Virus record (IMG/VR): IMGVR_UViG_3300006921_004083
Span: 1-64,000 of that record
DNA: 64,000 bases
Strand: one strand, 5' to 3'
From: a virus
This document shows, piece after piece, positions 1-11,125 of this stretch. Position numbers and translations under genes: made by a program. How positions within the stretch are numbered: position 1 is the first letter of the stretch; each line of letters opens with the position of its first letter. Below the pieces are notes generated by a model, which worked only from the letters and a program-made list of their open reading frames with translations, was not told the DNA's origin and searched no databases.

Positions 1-755
1 CCATCTATCTTAATTGATCTAAAAGGTTTCCAGTCGTCCCATGGAAGGTCCTCTTTCATTATACTTAGATTATAGGTTACCTTGGCCTTCTCAAGGTGTA
101 AAACACCCTTACATCTCTTCCCTGTGGTTTCTACCTTATAAGCAAGAACCTTACCAAATATCCAAATTAACATATCAAAAAAGTGTACCCCAATGTTTGT
201 TACAACTCCACCAGATTTATCTGAGTCACCTTTCCACGAATAATCATACCAAACACCTCGTGGTGTTATGTAATCTAATGTAACTTCATGTGGACGTAAT
301 AAGTCATTACTATTTTGGTATTTTTCTTTGAGTTGTTTAATTAATGGGTGATGTCTAAGTTGGAGTATATTATATATTTTTTTTCCAGTTTCTTTTTCTA
401 ATCCTTTTAATGATTGTAGATGTTTGTCTCTTAGAACTAATGGTTTTTCACATATAACATCACATCCATTTCTAAGAGAAAGTCTTATATGTGCATCGTG
501 TAAATAATTAGGACTACATATTGATACATAATCAATACTTTCTTTATTCCTATAGAGGTGTCGATCAAATCTTTCAGATTCTCTAAAATAAGATGCGTAA
601 GGAAAATACTTATCAATATATCCAACTCCATCATAAGGGTCGAGAAGTGCCACCAAATCATTATTAGTGTCTTTAATTGCTTCAACATGACGAGGGGCAA
701 TGTATCCCCCGGCACCTATAAGTGCAAATCTTTTTTTATTATTGTTTGAACTCAT
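1..755 (-). CDS. wbpB: WbpB/WlbA-like UDP-GlcNAcA 3-dehydrogenase (Gfo/Idh/MocA family), runs off the window edge
   Basis: Absent from the ORF track because it has no stop in the window. Hand translation from ATG 755: MSSNNNKKRFALIGAGGYIAPRHVEAIKDT...DYVSICSPNYLHDAHI...VICEKPLV...ILQLRHHP...YITPRGVWYDYSWKGD...TNIGVHFFDML. These motifs match P. aeruginosa WbpB as recalled. Confidence 0.9.
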   Translation of the reverse strand, partial: MSSNNNKKRFALIGAGGYIAPRHVEAIKDTNNDLVALLDPYDGVGYIDKYFPYASYFRESERFDRHLYRNKESIDYVSICSPNYLHDAHIRLSLRNGCDVICEKPLVLRDKHLQSLKGLEKETGKKIYNILQLRHHPLIKQLKEKYQNSNDLLRPHEVTLDYITPRGVWYDYSWKGDSDKSGGVVTNIGVHFFDMLIWIFGKVLAYKVETTGKRCKGVLHLEKAKVTYNLSIMKEDLPWDDWKPFRSIKID

Positions 756-1857
756 TTATACAAGTTGTTATCGTTTTTAATTCATTTTCACTAAGGTGTG
801 GAGAAATTGGTATGTGTAAAACCTCTTCACATCTTTTTTCGCATTCTGGTAAAGATTGGTCTCCAAAAATCTCTTGGTATATTGGTTGTTTATGTAGCGG
901 AATTGGCCAATAAACAAAGGTTTGTATACCATTATCAGTTAGGTGTTTTTGAAGTTCATCTCTCCCATTTACTATTATAGTATACAAATACCAACTATGA
1001 TTGTCAAGAGTATCAGTAGGATACGGTAATGTAATCCTAGGATTTTTAATATTATCAAAGTAATATCTTGCATTTTTTTGTCTCTTTTCCAGCCATTCTT
1101 CGGAGGCCCCATTTAATAATACACTTAAAAATCTAGCTTGTAGTGCATCCAACCTTAGATTCCCCCCAACCATTTCATGGTAATATCTTTTTTTAGAACC
1201 ATGGGCTCTAATCATTTTTATTTTATTATATGTTTCTTCACAGTCTGTTATAACAATTCCTCCATCTCCTAAACAACCTAATGTTTTGGCCGGGAAAAAA
1301 CTAAAAGAGGCCGCTAGTGAATGTGTTCCAGAATGACCCCCTTCAGGGTAGTAGGAACCAAAAGATTCTGCAGCATCCTCAAATAGGACAACTCCTCTAT
1401 CCTTACAAATATTATTAAGTTCTTTAATTGATTTTGTTTCACCAAAAAGATGAACAAACATTACAGCTTTAGTATTTTCAGTCCAAGCGTCCTTAAATTC
1501 TTTTACTGATGGGTGAAAAGAACCAGGGGCGTTATCCACAAATATTGGGTTTAGTCCGGCAACTAATATAGCTTCCGAACTGGCAATGAAAGTATATGAA
1601 GGTACTAATACATCTGAACCTTTAGGTAAGTCTAGAGACATTAAAATGGCTAATAAACCGTCAGTACCACTAGAGACACCGATAGCATATTTTGACCCCG
1701 TATAGTCTGCGAATTCTTTCTCAAAACGACTAACAGAGTCCCCATTTATAAAAATCCCATCCTCTAAGGATTTATCTAATTCATTGTGTAGATAGTCCCT
1801 ATAAGGGGATAAAAGTTTAGGATAATCAAAAAATTTAATAGTTTCTTTTGTTTGCAT
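739..1857 (-). CDS. wbpE: DegT/DnrJ/EryC1/StrS PLP sugar aminotransferase, WbpE-like
   Basis: SSGTDGL, EDAAESFG, SFFPAKTLGCLGDGG (PLP Lys), HG..RYYH..VGGNLRLDALQA; directly upstream of the wbpB-like gene. Confidence 0.85.
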   Translation of the reverse strand: MQTKETIKFFDYPKLLSPYRDYLHNELDKSLEDGIFINGDSVSRFEKEFADYTGSKYAIGVSSGTDGLLAILMSLDLPKGSDVLVPSYTFIASSEAILVAGLNPIFVDNAPGSFHPSVKEFKDAWTENTKAVMFVHLFGETKSIKELNNICKDRGVVLFEDAAESFGSYYPEGGHSGTHSLAASFSFFPAKTLGCLGDGGIVITDCEETYNKIKMIRAHGSKKRYYHEMVGGNLRLDALQARFLSVLLNGASEEWLEKRQKNARYYFDNIKNPRITLPYPTDTLDNHSWYLYTIIVNGRDELQKHLTDNGIQTFVYWPIPLHKQPIYQEIFGDQSLPECEKRCEEVLHIPISPHLSENELKTITTCINEFKQ

Positions 1858-2968
1858 ATTTTAAGTAAAAGCTTTTAGGTACTAAATTTAGTTTATAAAG
1901 AACATAAAAGAAAGGTCTAAGTCGTTCAAATAGTCTTTTATAGGTAGGATAATCTGTATAGTCCTTCTTCTCATTTGACATTATCTTTTCAAATTCTTGG
2001 TCAGTTAGGTCCAACCTCTTTTTCATTTCAACTACTAGGCTTTCGTCCATTTCTTTTTCTTCATTTATTTTAATAAGTGCTAATTTTCTAGACATTTGTT
2101 CTGATCTAATTAATGCCGAATATTCACATTTTCTTAAATCAATATCGAATTTACTAGGAAGGTAAAAATTATTTACAAAGTATGCTGAACGATTTTCCAT
2201 GTGATGTCCTCCATACCATTCCCATCCATATTCATCATGTAAAAATTTTTTAATTTGTTCCTTATCATAATCCATATAGTAAAGAGGTCTAATCCTTTTT
2301 ATTCTTCTAACTAGGAGTTGTCTCATCCAAGGCCAAAAATCCATAAGAGGTAAAGTCTTCAACGTAGTCTTTCCAAATATTTTATGAATTGATCTAATAT
2401 ATTTGGCATCTTGGTAGAACCACCCTTGTGGAGAAATTCCTTCAGTTCTAAACGAATGTCCATTCCAAATCCATTTTATACCATATTCTTCCGCGGCTTT
2501 ATAAAGAGTGGCCCCAATACCTAAGTCCGTTCCAGAATCGAGATCTGGTACAGATGCTAGGAAAAAAGAACGAACCAAATCGTTATACTCTTTGTTGTCA
2601 ACCACATGTGTATATAAATCCACATCAAGTGAGGTTATCATTCGTTCTATATTCTCAACTGCTATTTTTGAATTCCAAGTGTTGTCAAAATGTACTGCAA
2701 GTGGACGTAGTCCAGACTTAACAGCTAAATGTAATAGAAATGATGAATCACAACCTCCACTCACACCTACTACTACATCGTATTTTTTTCTTTTACCATC
2801 CTTCTTCATCTGGGTAATAATGTCGTTTAATATTTTCCCACCTTCTTCACCCACAGGATATTCTTTATTTAATTCTACGTCTCTTTCACAATAGTTACAA
2901 ACTCCCTCATCGTTGAATTCGATATGAGGTATTGTTTCATCGTAGATACACTTGTTACATATTTTCAT
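1835..2968 (-). CDS. N-acetyl sugar amidotransferase (WbpG/WbuX/PseA family)
   Basis: N-terminal CxxC...CxxC, PP-loop VGVSGGCDSS, HFDNTWNS, GHSFRTEG, YGGHHMEN; flanked by HisH/HisF paralogues. Confidence 0.88.
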   Translation of the reverse strand: MKICNKCIYDETIPHIEFNDEGVCNYCERDVELNKEYPVGEEGGKILNDIITQMKKDGKRKKYDVVVGVSGGCDSSFLLHLAVKSGLRPLAVHFDNTWNSKIAVENIERMITSLDVDLYTHVVDNKEYNDLVRSFFLASVPDLDSGTDLGIGATLYKAAEEYGIKWIWNGHSFRTEGISPQGWFYQDAKYIRSIHKIFGKTTLKTLPLMDFWPWMRQLLVRRIKRIRPLYYMDYDKEQIKKFLHDEYGWEWYGGHHMENRSAYFVNNFYLPSKFDIDLRKCEYSALIRSEQMSRKLALIKINEEKEMDESLVVEMKKRLDLTDQEFEKIMSNEKKDYTDYPTYKRLFERLRPFFYVLYKLNLVPKSFYLKYANKRNY

Positions 2969-3716
2969 AATTTCTTATAATTTTTTCAATTTCATTTTGT
3001 TTAGGGAATCTAATTAATACCCCCATATTTTTTTTAGAGTACACACACAAACTTCCTAACGCCACTCCAGAACTACCATTAATAATGGATTCTTGGATGT
3101 CTTTTGTATTTCCTACCCCTCCACAGGATATGACGGGAAGATGAGTATTTTTACAAATTTCTTTAATTAAGTCAATATCCATACCTTCCCAAGTTCCATC
3201 CTTATCTACTGAATATAATAGAATTTCACCCACACCCAAATGCTCTAAAGTTCTAACATACTCAATAGGAGATAAATCTACTGTTTTTTTATCACAATGT
3301 CTATAAATTTTATGTTTACCCCAGAAATTCTTTTTTACATCAACCGACGCCACTATACTTTGACTCCCAAAAAGTTTTATAGCCTCTTTTATAATCTGTG
3401 GATTCTCAAATAAAATAGAGTTAACTATAATTTTTTCTATTCCTAGTTGAAATAGTTTTTTCATATCCTCTATTGTTCTCACACTTCCTCCGTAACATAA
3501 GGGCATGAAACATTCTCTTGTAATCTTACGTATAACATCAAAAGGAATATCTTTTTTAGATATATCAATTAAAACTAACTCATCCACTTCCTTTCCGTTA
3601 AATATTTTTATCGCATTTACAGCATCTCCCACATAAGAAGGGTTATCGAACTTAACGGTTTTAACCAGTGAACCATCTTTGAGTAGTAAACAGGGCATAA
3701 TTCTAGGTCTTAACAT
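2955..3716 (-). CDS. hisF: HisF-like cyclase-fold subunit (HisF2/WbuZ type, ammonia channel for the sugar amidotransferase)
   Basis: RIMPCLLL..G.LVKTVKF...YVGD, VDEL, CYGG, GVGEILL.SVDKDGT, GGVG; sugar-cluster context. Confidence 0.85.
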   Translation of the reverse strand: MLRPRIMPCLLLKDGSLVKTVKFDNPSYVGDAVNAIKIFNGKEVDELVLIDISKKDIPFDVIRKITRECFMPLCYGGSVRTIEDMKKLFQLGIEKIIVNSILFENPQIIKEAIKLFGSQSIVASVDVKKNFWGKHKIYRHCDKKTVDLSPIEYVRTLEHLGVGEILLYSVDKDGTWEGMDIDLIKEICKNTHLPVISCGGVGNTKDIQESIINGSSGVALGSLCVYSKKNMGVLIRFPKQNEIEKIIRNYENM

Positions 3717-3717
3717 A

Positions 3718-4317
3718 TTACAAATTTATAAATTTTTCCATTAATTTCATTCCATATTTATGACTTTTTTCGGGATGAAACTGCACACCAAAAATATTAT
3801 TTTTAGAAACCCCAGATGTAAATTTAATACCATAATCTGTCTCTAACATAACATCTTCTTTGTTTTTACATTCAACATAATAAGAATGTACAAAGTAAAA
3901 ACGAGAATCTTCCTCACATAAATCTTTTTTTATTGGTTTTACCTGATTCCATCCCATATGGGGGACTTTTAATTTAGAGTCCCTAAACTTAAATTTTTTA
4001 CACTCTCCTTTTATGAATCCCAGTCCTAATCGGTTTCCCTCTTCACTTTTTTCCATTAGTAGTTGCATACCAAGACAGATACCTAATATCGGCTTGTGTT
4101 TTTCTATTACGTGATGGTGTAATGGTTGTAACCACCCTGACTGAATTATATTCCCCATTGCGTTATCAAAAGATCCAACTCCAGGTAAAACTATCTTATC
4201 AACCGAATCTAATTCTTTAGGGGAGTTAATAATTTGAGTTTTATGATATCCTAAAAAATTTATCATTGATTCAACCGAACCTACATTACCCATTCCATAA
4301 TCAATTATTCCTATCAT
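3718..4317 (-). CDS. hisH: HisH-like class I glutamine amidotransferase (HisH2/WbuY type)
   Basis: IIDYGMGN, LPGVGSF, GICLGMQ (catalytic Cys), PHMGWN, FYFVHSY, QFHPEKS. ATG at 4317 preferred over the GTG at 4326. Confidence 0.9.
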   Translation of the reverse strand: MIGIIDYGMGNVGSVESMINFLGYHKTQIINSPKELDSVDKIVLPGVGSFDNAMGNIIQSGWLQPLHHHVIEKHKPILGICLGMQLLMEKSEEGNRLGLGFIKGECKKFKFRDSKLKVPHMGWNQVKPIKKDLCEEDSRFYFVHSYYVECKNKEDVMLETDYGIKFTSGVSKNNIFGVQFHPEKSHKYGMKLMEKFINL

Positions 4318-4319
4318 TT

Positions 4320-5261
4320 TTACCACTCAAATTTTTTACCAAATCTCATTTTATTTATTATATTCTCGTTTGATGTATATTTTTTAATATTTTTAATCTT
4401 TAATGCGTTTTCGCCACAACAAACAATAATATATTTACTATTTTTTTCGGCTATAACTCCACTAGGTCCGTAGTAAGGATACTTGATTACCGTAGAGTCC
4501 GATAAAAAATACTTTTCACCATTTATATATGTAAAGGCTCCTGGATATGGGTCGGATTGGGCTCTTATAAAATTGTGTATGTCCGTGTTTTTCCATGACC
4601 AATTAATTAAACCATCTTCTGGTTTTCTAATTGAACAATAACTGATTTTATTTTCTTTTTGGGGGCTCCTTGTGTTGGACTTATTTAAGATACTTTCATA
4701 ATTTTTTTCGATCATATCTAGAGATAGTTTTTCAGTTTCATCTAATAATGAAGAAATATTTGAATTTTCTCCTATTGGTAGTTCTCTCTGATCAATTATA
4801 TCTCCCGTATCTATCCCATCGGATAAATAGAATAAACTTATTCCTGTTTTTTTCTCCCCGTTTATTACGGCCCAAACTAAAGGGGCGAATCCCCTATATT
4901 GGGGTAGTGATGAGGCGTGAATGCCGATTAAACCATTCGGTACCATTTCTAAAACTTCAGGTGATATAATCCAATACCAACCGACTACAATGACTAGATC
5001 GGGATTTTCCTCCCTAATTAAAGTTCCAAGTTCCGAAGGTTTAGTTAATATATTAAGAGGTAACGTATTTTCTTTTGTAAATGATCGAAACTCATTAAAG
5101 TAATTTCTTTCATCACTAGTATCATCAATGGTTACTACCCTCTTTATACTTTCTGGATTAATTGTGTGGAGTTTTTTCAGAATAGAATGTCCAAGTTTTT
5201 TTGAACCCACAAAAAATACCTTATCTATCACAGTATGGCTTCTGGTGTTTTTTCTTTCCAT
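4320..5261 (-). CDS. Sugar-nucleotide N-formyltransferase (Fmt/ArnA N-domain fold)
   Basis: [45 protein letters not shown]. Confidence 0.82.
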   Translation of the reverse strand: MERKNTRSHTVIDKVFFVGSKKLGHSILKKLHTINPESIKRVVTIDDTSDERNYFNEFRSFTKENTLPLNILTKPSELGTLIREENPDLVIVVGWYWIISPEVLEMVPNGLIGIHASSLPQYRGFAPLVWAVINGEKKTGISLFYLSDGIDTGDIIDQRELPIGENSNISSLLDETEKLSLDMIEKNYESILNKSNTRSPQKENKISYCSIRKPEDGLINWSWKNTDIHNFIRAQSDPYPGAFTYINGEKYFLSDSTVIKYPYYGPSGVIAEKNSKYIIVCCGENALKIKNIKKYTSNENIINKMRFGKKFEW

Positions 5262-6208
5262 TTGTTTTTTATGTATTCTGCTGTTTTTAATATCCCCTCC
5301 TCCAAATCAATTTTAGAACTAAAACCTAAAATTTCTTTTGCTTTTTCTACACTAGGTATTCTAATTGCAACGTCTGCGGATAATGGAGGATCAAAGATAA
5401 TTTTAGATTTGGAGTCTAATACTCTACAAATTGTTTGTGCCAAACCTAAAATAGTGATAACCGCTCTAGGATTCCCAATATTAAAACTTTCCCCTATTGC
5501 TTCTGGGTTTGTTATGCACTTTTCTAAACAATTTACAAAATCATCTACATAACACCAAGCTCTTATTTGATTTCCATCTCCATCTATATGGATGTCTTGT
5601 CCTCGTAGGGCACGTTCGATAAAGATTTGTAGAGCCCCATTAGAAGATTGTCCAGGTCCGTAAACATTGAAAGGTCTAATAGTTACTACTGGTAAATTGT
5701 ATTGAGTTGTGTATGCCTTTGCTAAGTGTTCTCCGGCTAATTTACTAACCGCATAAACCCATCTAGCCTCACCGGCTGAACCTGCCACAGTTTGGTCCTC
5801 TTCTTTAGATTTGAATGCCATAGACCCAAAAACTTCTGATGTTGAGAAATCTATGACTCTATCTTTTATACCTAGTTTTTGAGAAACTTCTAAAACATTG
5901 GCAGTACCTATCATGTTAACTCTCATTGTTTTTACCGGATATTTAATTACGGTGTCTATCCCAGCAATTGCTGCCGCATGGATAACTATATCAGGGGCAC
6001 CACCTTTTTCCATAGATGTTGATAGTTTATCATAGTCTAGAATATCTCCTTTAATTATAGTTAAGTTTTTGTGATCACTTAATCCGCTAGTTGAAAGTGT
6101 GTCCCTTTCAAAATTATCATAAACTACTATTTTATGTGTGTCTATAAATCTTTTAATAATTGTGTTGGCAATAAAACCAGCACCTCCTGTTATAAATATT
6201 TTTTTCAT
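5228..6208 (-). CDS. NAD-dependent epimerase/dehydratase/decarboxylase (extended SDR)
   Basis: [24 protein letters not shown] (YxxxK), [15 protein letters not shown]. Confidence 0.88.
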   Translation of the reverse strand: MKKIFITGGAGFIANTIIKRFIDTHKIVVYDNFERDTLSTSGLSDHKNLTIIKGDILDYDKLSTSMEKGGAPDIVIHAAAIAGIDTVIKYPVKTMRVNMIGTANVLEVSQKLGIKDRVIDFSTSEVFGSMAFKSKEEDQTVAGSAGEARWVYAVSKLAGEHLAKAYTTQYNLPVVTIRPFNVYGPGQSSNGALQIFIERALRGQDIHIDGDGNQIRAWCYVDDFVNCLEKCITNPEAIGESFNIGNPRAVITILGLAQTICRVLDSKSKIIFDPPLSADVAIRIPSVEKAKEILGFSSKIDLEEGILKTAEYIKNKWKEKTPEAIL

Positions 6209-7491
6209 AATAATACCTCTTTTTCGAATTTAGTTGCAACTGATTTATGTGTTGATGTTTCGTAATACCATTGTAGTCCTTTATGTGCGATATCCCTCAA
6301 CTCCTCTACAGATTTTTCCATTGTGGATTTAAGTACATCTCTGAATTGTTTTGGGTCTTCACCTAAATGTATTACTGGACAAAGGGATGATTTTATGTGT
6401 TTATTGGCCACTTTCATTGAGTCTATTGTGAAGTTATTTATTGTGGCAAAGGTAATGTTTCCACTCATTAGTGCTTCCACAGTACTTCCCCCGAAATACC
6501 CCACTTGAGGGTTAAATTCGTCAACATATATGTGTGCCATTTTTTTAATTTTCATAATTTCACTATTAGGTATCCACCCAGTATTAGGGTCCATTAACTT
6601 TTTAGTAGGTTCATAAGACTCAGGGGTTATATACTCATATTGTAAATCAATTCCAAGTCTTTTATTTTTTTTATTTAAGAAACTAACTAAACCACTTACG
6701 ACTGCGGTTATTATATTTGTACCTTTCATTTCTTTACTAGTGGGTGCATGAAAAATAATAATCTTATTAGTGTTAAATTTTTCATTAATCAAATTAGTTA
6801 CCTTTTCTTTTTCGTTTTCTTTATCATAGGAAGTGTAGATAGATAGATTATTTTGTGGATTGTAAGTAGAGGATATACCTAGTAAGTTTTGATCCTCAAT
6901 ACTTAAATCATTCCAAGATAGTCTATACAAGTCAACCGCGTGTATAATCTTATTAAAATGAGTATTTCCAACAAGATTAAAAATGTCTGGTTGGTTTCTG
7001 TAAACACTACCTGTATGGTACATATGTAGGTTTTTTTCTCTACCGGCTTTAGTATCTTTTAATATGTCCATTTTTAATATTTTACTAAAAATATCTTTTA
7101 TTGTACCTAAAGAATTTGCAGGATTCATTTTTGCACATTCTTTCATCGCTTCTAATTGCCAATTCTGTCCAAATTTTTCGTAGTAATATTGTGGTTGGTG
7201 TTTAATTTGAGGTCCCTTCTCCTCCCCTACTATTATATGAGAAGACTCCGACAACCATTCTTTAGCTTCGGCAATCTCTTTCTCATTTCTTAACCACTCA
7301 TCTTTTTCTTCATTATAAGTTAACAAATCATAATCATGTTTTGTCTCAAAGTCGATGGGGTGAGCACACTCACAAATAACCTTAGACTCAAAACCATCAC
7401 AGTGTTTATTAATAGCTTTAGAGTATTCCGTCATACAGTTAGCATAATCCTTAAACCCAATAAATGTTACTTTTTTCATCTTATTCTCCAT
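6205..7491 (-). CDS. Putative GT-B fold glycosyltransferase
   Basis: C-terminal [13 protein letters not shown] and HIYVDEF...[14 protein letters not shown] resemble the nucleotide-sugar binding segment of GT4-like enzymes. Start is likely ATG 7491 or 7479 rather than 7554. Confidence 0.6.
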   Translation of the reverse strand: MENKMKKVTFIGFKDYANCMTEYSKAINKHCDGFESKVICECAHPIDFETKHDYDLLTYNEEKDEWLRNEKEIAEAKEWLSESSHIIVGEEKGPQIKHQPQYYYEKFGQNWQLEAMKECAKMNPANSLGTIKDIFSKILKMDILKDTKAGREKNLHMYHTGSVYRNQPDIFNLVGNTHFNKIIHAVDLYRLSWNDLSIEDQNLLGISSTYNPQNNLSIYTSYDKENEKEKVTNLINEKFNTNKIIIFHAPTSKEMKGTNIITAVVSGLVSFLNKKNKRLGIDLQYEYITPESYEPTKKLMDPNTGWIPNSEIMKIKKMAHIYVDEFNPQVGYFGGSTVEALMSGNITFATINNFTIDSMKVANKHIKSSLCPVIHLGEDPKQFRDVLKSTMEKSVEELRDIAHKGLQWYYETSTHKSVATKFEKEVLL

Positions 7492-8233
7492 AGACAACTT
7501 TTGATACTTCTTGTAATTTTTGTACATACTTCCAATATTTAGTTTCTCTAACATCGGTTAAATCTTCTTTAGGCCAAATCCAATTGTTTCTTTCCCCCTC
7601 AAGATAGTGAGAACCGTGTCCTGGTGGTTCTCCATTTGCCCAAGCTTTTCTTCTTCTTTTTAGTGTTCCTTCTCTCTCTTCTTTAGTTTTGGTGTTACCG
7701 TAATTAATCATCATACCTTCTATAACACCTAATCTTTGTCCAGGAAAAGAAACATCATCCGCCAAATAACGTAAAACAGGATTATATTTGTGTATCATAT
7801 TAAATTTATTTAGTGTCCCGTAATGGAAATAGGTATTGAATGGATCTTTCTTCCCTCTCTCTTCTCCAGTATTAAAAAAGTTTACACATTCTATTTGAGC
7901 TAAGTTAAACCCTCTCCTATCAAGTCGTGCTAAAGCATCGTGAAGAGGTTCTATTGTTACTGGAAATAAATCACACCCATTATAAATTGCCCAATCGGGT
8001 TTTTCTCGGTGAATAGTTGCCACAATATCATTTTGCAACATTCTTAAATCAAAAGACTCACCAGTGTCTAATCTATGTGAAGGTATTTTATTCTCTTGTA
8101 AATATTCCCAAGAACCATCGGTAGACATATTATCTATAATATATGGTTCTAATTTATTTTGTTTACAGTATTCTAGTTTTAGTGGGAGGTACTCTCTTTC
8201 ATTCCACACTGTTAATATACACATTACTCTCAT
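7481..8233 (-). CDS. GT2-like (GT-A fold) glycosyltransferase
   Basis: ILTVWNEREYL, IIDNMSTDGS; the usual DxD position reads YNGCD (degenerate). Confidence 0.7.
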   Translation of the reverse strand: MRVMCILTVWNEREYLPLKLEYCKQNKLEPYIIDNMSTDGSWEYLQENKIPSHRLDTGESFDLRMLQNDIVATIHREKPDWAIYNGCDLFPVTIEPLHDALARLDRRGFNLAQIECVNFFNTGEERGKKDPFNTYFHYGTLNKFNMIHKYNPVLRYLADDVSFPGQRLGVIEGMMINYGNTKTKEEREGTLKRRRKAWANGEPPGHGSHYLEGERNNWIWPKEDLTDVRETKYWKYVQKLQEVSKVVYGE

Positions 8234-9783
8234 TGTACTACGTTTATAAATTGTCCTAAAAGAGTTGCTTTCTTTTTATCACCTAAAGCTTGTCCTACAA
8301 AAGGAAAAAGCCTTTCTCGATAGTCTTGTTGAAGTCTCTCTAATTTTTCATCACTTTTATTTCTTGTTTTACTTTCATAGTGATATGCCACAGCATCACT
8401 AACAAATAAATTAACTCTTCCCTCTAGTAACACACTAAAGTTCAATTCGGCATCCTCAAAACACTCAATATAGGTTGGATTAAATCCACCAACTTTTGTA
8501 AATAAATCTTTTTCAATTAATAAAAAAGCGCCTGTATTACCCACAACTGGACTAGTCCCCTCTAAACGATGTTTATAACCCTGTCTTAAATTATAGTGGG
8601 TTATTTCAATTCTAGTTAATCCTCGTTCAGTTAACCAATCTTTTTTTAACCACAATAACATTCCACCATGTTGTACAGTGTTATCACCAAAATGTAATCT
8701 TGCCCCAACGGTACCAACTTTTTTTCTATTTTTCTTCCACACATTAACCATTCTAGTGATGGCATCATTGATAAGTTCGATATCATTATTACAAAATAGA
8801 ATGAGTTCAGTGTCCTCATCAACATACTCATATACTACTTCATTGTTTATTTGTGCGAAATTATAATAATCAAATTCGATCAGTTTAGTTTTGTTATTAG
8901 TTTCACAAAACTTTCTAATTTTTTCTAAATTAGTTTCCTCACTCCCTGTATCAGCAACTATTATTTTATAGTTATCGTATATTGTTTTTTCATATATTGA
9001 ATTAAGACAATTAAATAGAATATCTATATTGTCTTTTGTTGGGATTATAATAGAAAGTTTGGGTTGTTTTTTAATTGGTGTTTGTTTTTCCGAATAGAAT
9101 ATATCGAATTCCACCTCCGATGGTAAATTTCCTGAATATCTATTTATAAACTCTATCCGATTCTTTTCCCATTCCTCATTTGTTTGTCCTACAGATTTAT
9201 GGGTAATTCTAATATTGGTAATAACCCCTATTTTTACACCTTCTAAATGGTTAGAAAAAGTAAAATCAATATCATAAAAGTGAAATCCTTTGACTTCTTC
9301 GTTGAAGTGATTTTTAATTTTTGTCCTATTTACTCCAAAAAATAACCCATCCAAGATCACTACCGGAATTATGTTGGTGAGCATCGGTTCAGAATACTTC
9401 GATTCCCAAGTTTTACCGTTCTGTGAATGATTAACAATACCTACCATATTACTTAGGGGTTGGTTTATGTCTTCCCACCAACTACCGCTTTCAGGTAGTT
9501 TCCTAGTCCCGGCTAAACCTAATATACCATAATCTGAAGATTCAAAATGTGATAGTACTCTTTTACCCCATTTTTTTGTGTTAAAAATTATGTCATCATG
9601 ACAAAAAACAATTATATCATTTTTTGCGTCTTTAAGTGCTTTATTATAGATTTCCGTCAAAGAAGACCCATTTGGATTTTCATAAGATAAAACCTCTACA
9701 TTCCTAACACCACAAGTATCTTTTATGTGTTTTATATAACTTTCTTCTAATTTTCTTGTACTAAATACTATTGTTAAACCCAT
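8230..9783 (-). CDS. Two-domain GT2 glycosyltransferase
   Basis: Domain 1: YNKAL, FCHDD, LDGLF, FHFYDID. Domain 2: SIIIPTKD, ADTGS, FCNNDIE, GNTGAFL, FEDAEL, HYESKTR. Start is likely ATG 9783, next to the dUTPase stop. Confidence 0.85.
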   Translation of the reverse strand: MGLTIVFSTRKLEESYIKHIKDTCGVRNVEVLSYENPNGSSLTEIYNKALKDAKNDIIVFCHDDIIFNTKKWGKRVLSHFESSDYGILGLAGTRKLPESGSWWEDINQPLSNMVGIVNHSQNGKTWESKYSEPMLTNIIPVVILDGLFFGVNRTKIKNHFNEEVKGFHFYDIDFTFSNHLEGVKIGVITNIRITHKSVGQTNEEWEKNRIEFINRYSGNLPSEVEFDIFYSEKQTPIKKQPKLSIIIPTKDNIDILFNCLNSIYEKTIYDNYKIIVADTGSEETNLEKIRKFCETNNKTKLIEFDYYNFAQINNEVVYEYVDEDTELILFCNNDIELINDAITRMVNVWKKNRKKVGTVGARLHFGDNTVQHGGMLLWLKKDWLTERGLTRIEITHYNLRQGYKHRLEGTSPVVGNTGAFLLIEKDLFTKVGGFNPTYIECFEDAELNFSVLLEGRVNLFVSDAVAYHYESKTRNKSDEKLERLQQDYRERLFPFVGQALGDKKKATLLGQFINVVQ

Positions 9784-9784
9784 T

Positions 9785-10411
9785 TTATTTATTTCCTGTT
9801 GAACCGAAACCGCCAGAACCCCTTTCGGTTTTTTTATTTTTAACGTTATTAATAAAATCAACAAATTCTCCAGTTACCACCGGACACAAACAAGCTTGTG
9901 CGATTCGATCACCTTTCTCTATTTCTACTTCTTTATGACCAAAATTTGCCAATATTATTTTTATCTCCCCTATATAACCTTGGTCAATTGTACCTGGAGA
10001 GTTAAGTACAAAAAGATTTTTCTTAAGTGACAGTCCAGAACGACTTCTAACTTGTATCTCGAATCCTCTTGGGATGTCAAAACTTAGTCCCGTACCAATC
10101 AATTCAACCTCCTTTGGTTTAATTACTTTGTTTTCGGAGGCTCTTAAATCAAAACCACTATCTGATTTATATGCATATTCAGGGTCTTCATTTTCTGATT
10201 CATTTGCATACCCTAAATTAACCATAATCTTATCCATAGGTTGTCCAGTTGAACCTGGTTCTATGGTATCGTTGTAGGCATTAGTTGCGTCCGTAATTTG
10301 GCGGGTTAGTTCTGAAAGTTCCTCCAAGGTCGCGTCTTCAGAAAGAGACTCATACTTATCAACTAAGTGTCCAAACACTTTTTCTATTCTACCTGTATCG
10401 TCTTGTGACAT
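9785..10411 (-). CDS. dut: Trimeric dUTPase with an N-terminal extension
   Basis: All five motifs: SGFDL, RSRSGL, GTIDQGYIGE, GDRIAQ, RGSGGFGSTG. Confidence 0.95.
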   Translation of the reverse strand: MSQDDTGRIEKVFGHLVDKYESLSEDATLEELSELTRQITDATNAYNDTIEPGSTGQPMDKIMVNLGYANESENEDPEYAYKSDSGFDLRASENKVIKPKEVELIGTGLSFDIPRGFEIQVRSRSGLSLKKNLFVLNSPGTIDQGYIGEIKIILANFGHKEVEIEKGDRIAQACLCPVVTGEFVDFINNVKNKKTERGSGGFGSTGNK

Positions 10412-10414
10412 ATT

Positions 10415-11113
10415 CTATAGATTTTTTACTTTTTTTATTATTTTTATTAAAGAACTCACATCTTTTTCACAATAAGACATAATTTCATTTTTTTTATTAC
10501 TATACCATGATTCATGTATATTTTCTCCATTTATTTTTGATTCCTTAGGTGATGGTATTCCCATAACTGAAGTTACTAAATGTAATGAAGATAATCCCTT
10601 ATAAGAACCAAAATTCCACATTTCTTTTGTATCGAGAGCTCTAACCTCCCAAGGTTTTGTATCGTGAGATGGTAATAATGAAGGAGGGTTAATGCCATTA
10701 ATTAACATTCTCTTACCCAAATAAGGTAAATCAAAATTTTTAATATTATGTCCACATAGTGTAAAACCAACCTTTTCAATCTTAATTAATAACTGAGCAA
10801 TTTGTTTTAATTCATCCTTTTCATTATCGCCACAAAAAGACTGTAACTTTTCCTCCTTCCCGTTTATAAAACCAACACTAGTACATACAATTTTACCGAA
10901 TTCGGGTAATAAACCTGAATATTTCTTATAAAGAAAATCACAATCTTTATCTGAATCCTCAGGGTAATGTCTACGAAAATAAGAACACCCAATACTATCC
11001 CATAAGTTCCATAAGACAGGGTTCTGTTCCTTCAAATCAAAGGAATCTTTGTAAGCTCCAGCAGTTTCAATATCTAGAAACAATAACTTATTTTCATTTA
11101 TATTTTCTAACAT
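10415..11113 (-). CDS. Stand-alone DEDDy 3'-5' exonuclease related to the PolB proofreading domain
   Basis: FLDIET, EFGKIVC.SVG, GHNIKNFDLPY, KPWE, YCEKDV. Confidence 0.85.
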   Translation of the reverse strand: MLENINENKLLFLDIETAGAYKDSFDLKEQNPVLWNLWDSIGCSYFRRHYPEDSDKDCDFLYKKYSGLLPEFGKIVCTSVGFINGKEEKLQSFCGDNEKDELKQIAQLLIKIEKVGFTLCGHNIKNFDLPYLGKRMLINGINPPSLLPSHDTKPWEVRALDTKEMWNFGSYKGLSSLHLVTSVMGIPSPKESKINGENIHESWYSNKKNEIMSYCEKDVSSLIKIIKKVKNL

Positions 11114-11125
11114 TTTACAAATATA

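Noticed and set aside
41-980. Short ORF-track entries (41-283, 485-715, 558-749, 722-913, 798-980) and similar antisense or alternate-frame ORFs across the window
   Set aside because: They are shadows of longer motif-bearing genes; the real gene at 1-755 is the truncated WbpB-like ORF.
2955-4326. hisF/hisH as histidine-biosynthesis auxiliary genes
   Set aside because: No other his genes are present; adjacency to a WbpG/WbuX-like amidotransferase marks them as the sugar-amidation paralogues.
4320-5261. Methionyl-tRNA formyltransferase (fmt)
   Set aside because: Embedded in a nucleotide-sugar operon next to an SDR; a sugar N-formyltransferase is more likely.
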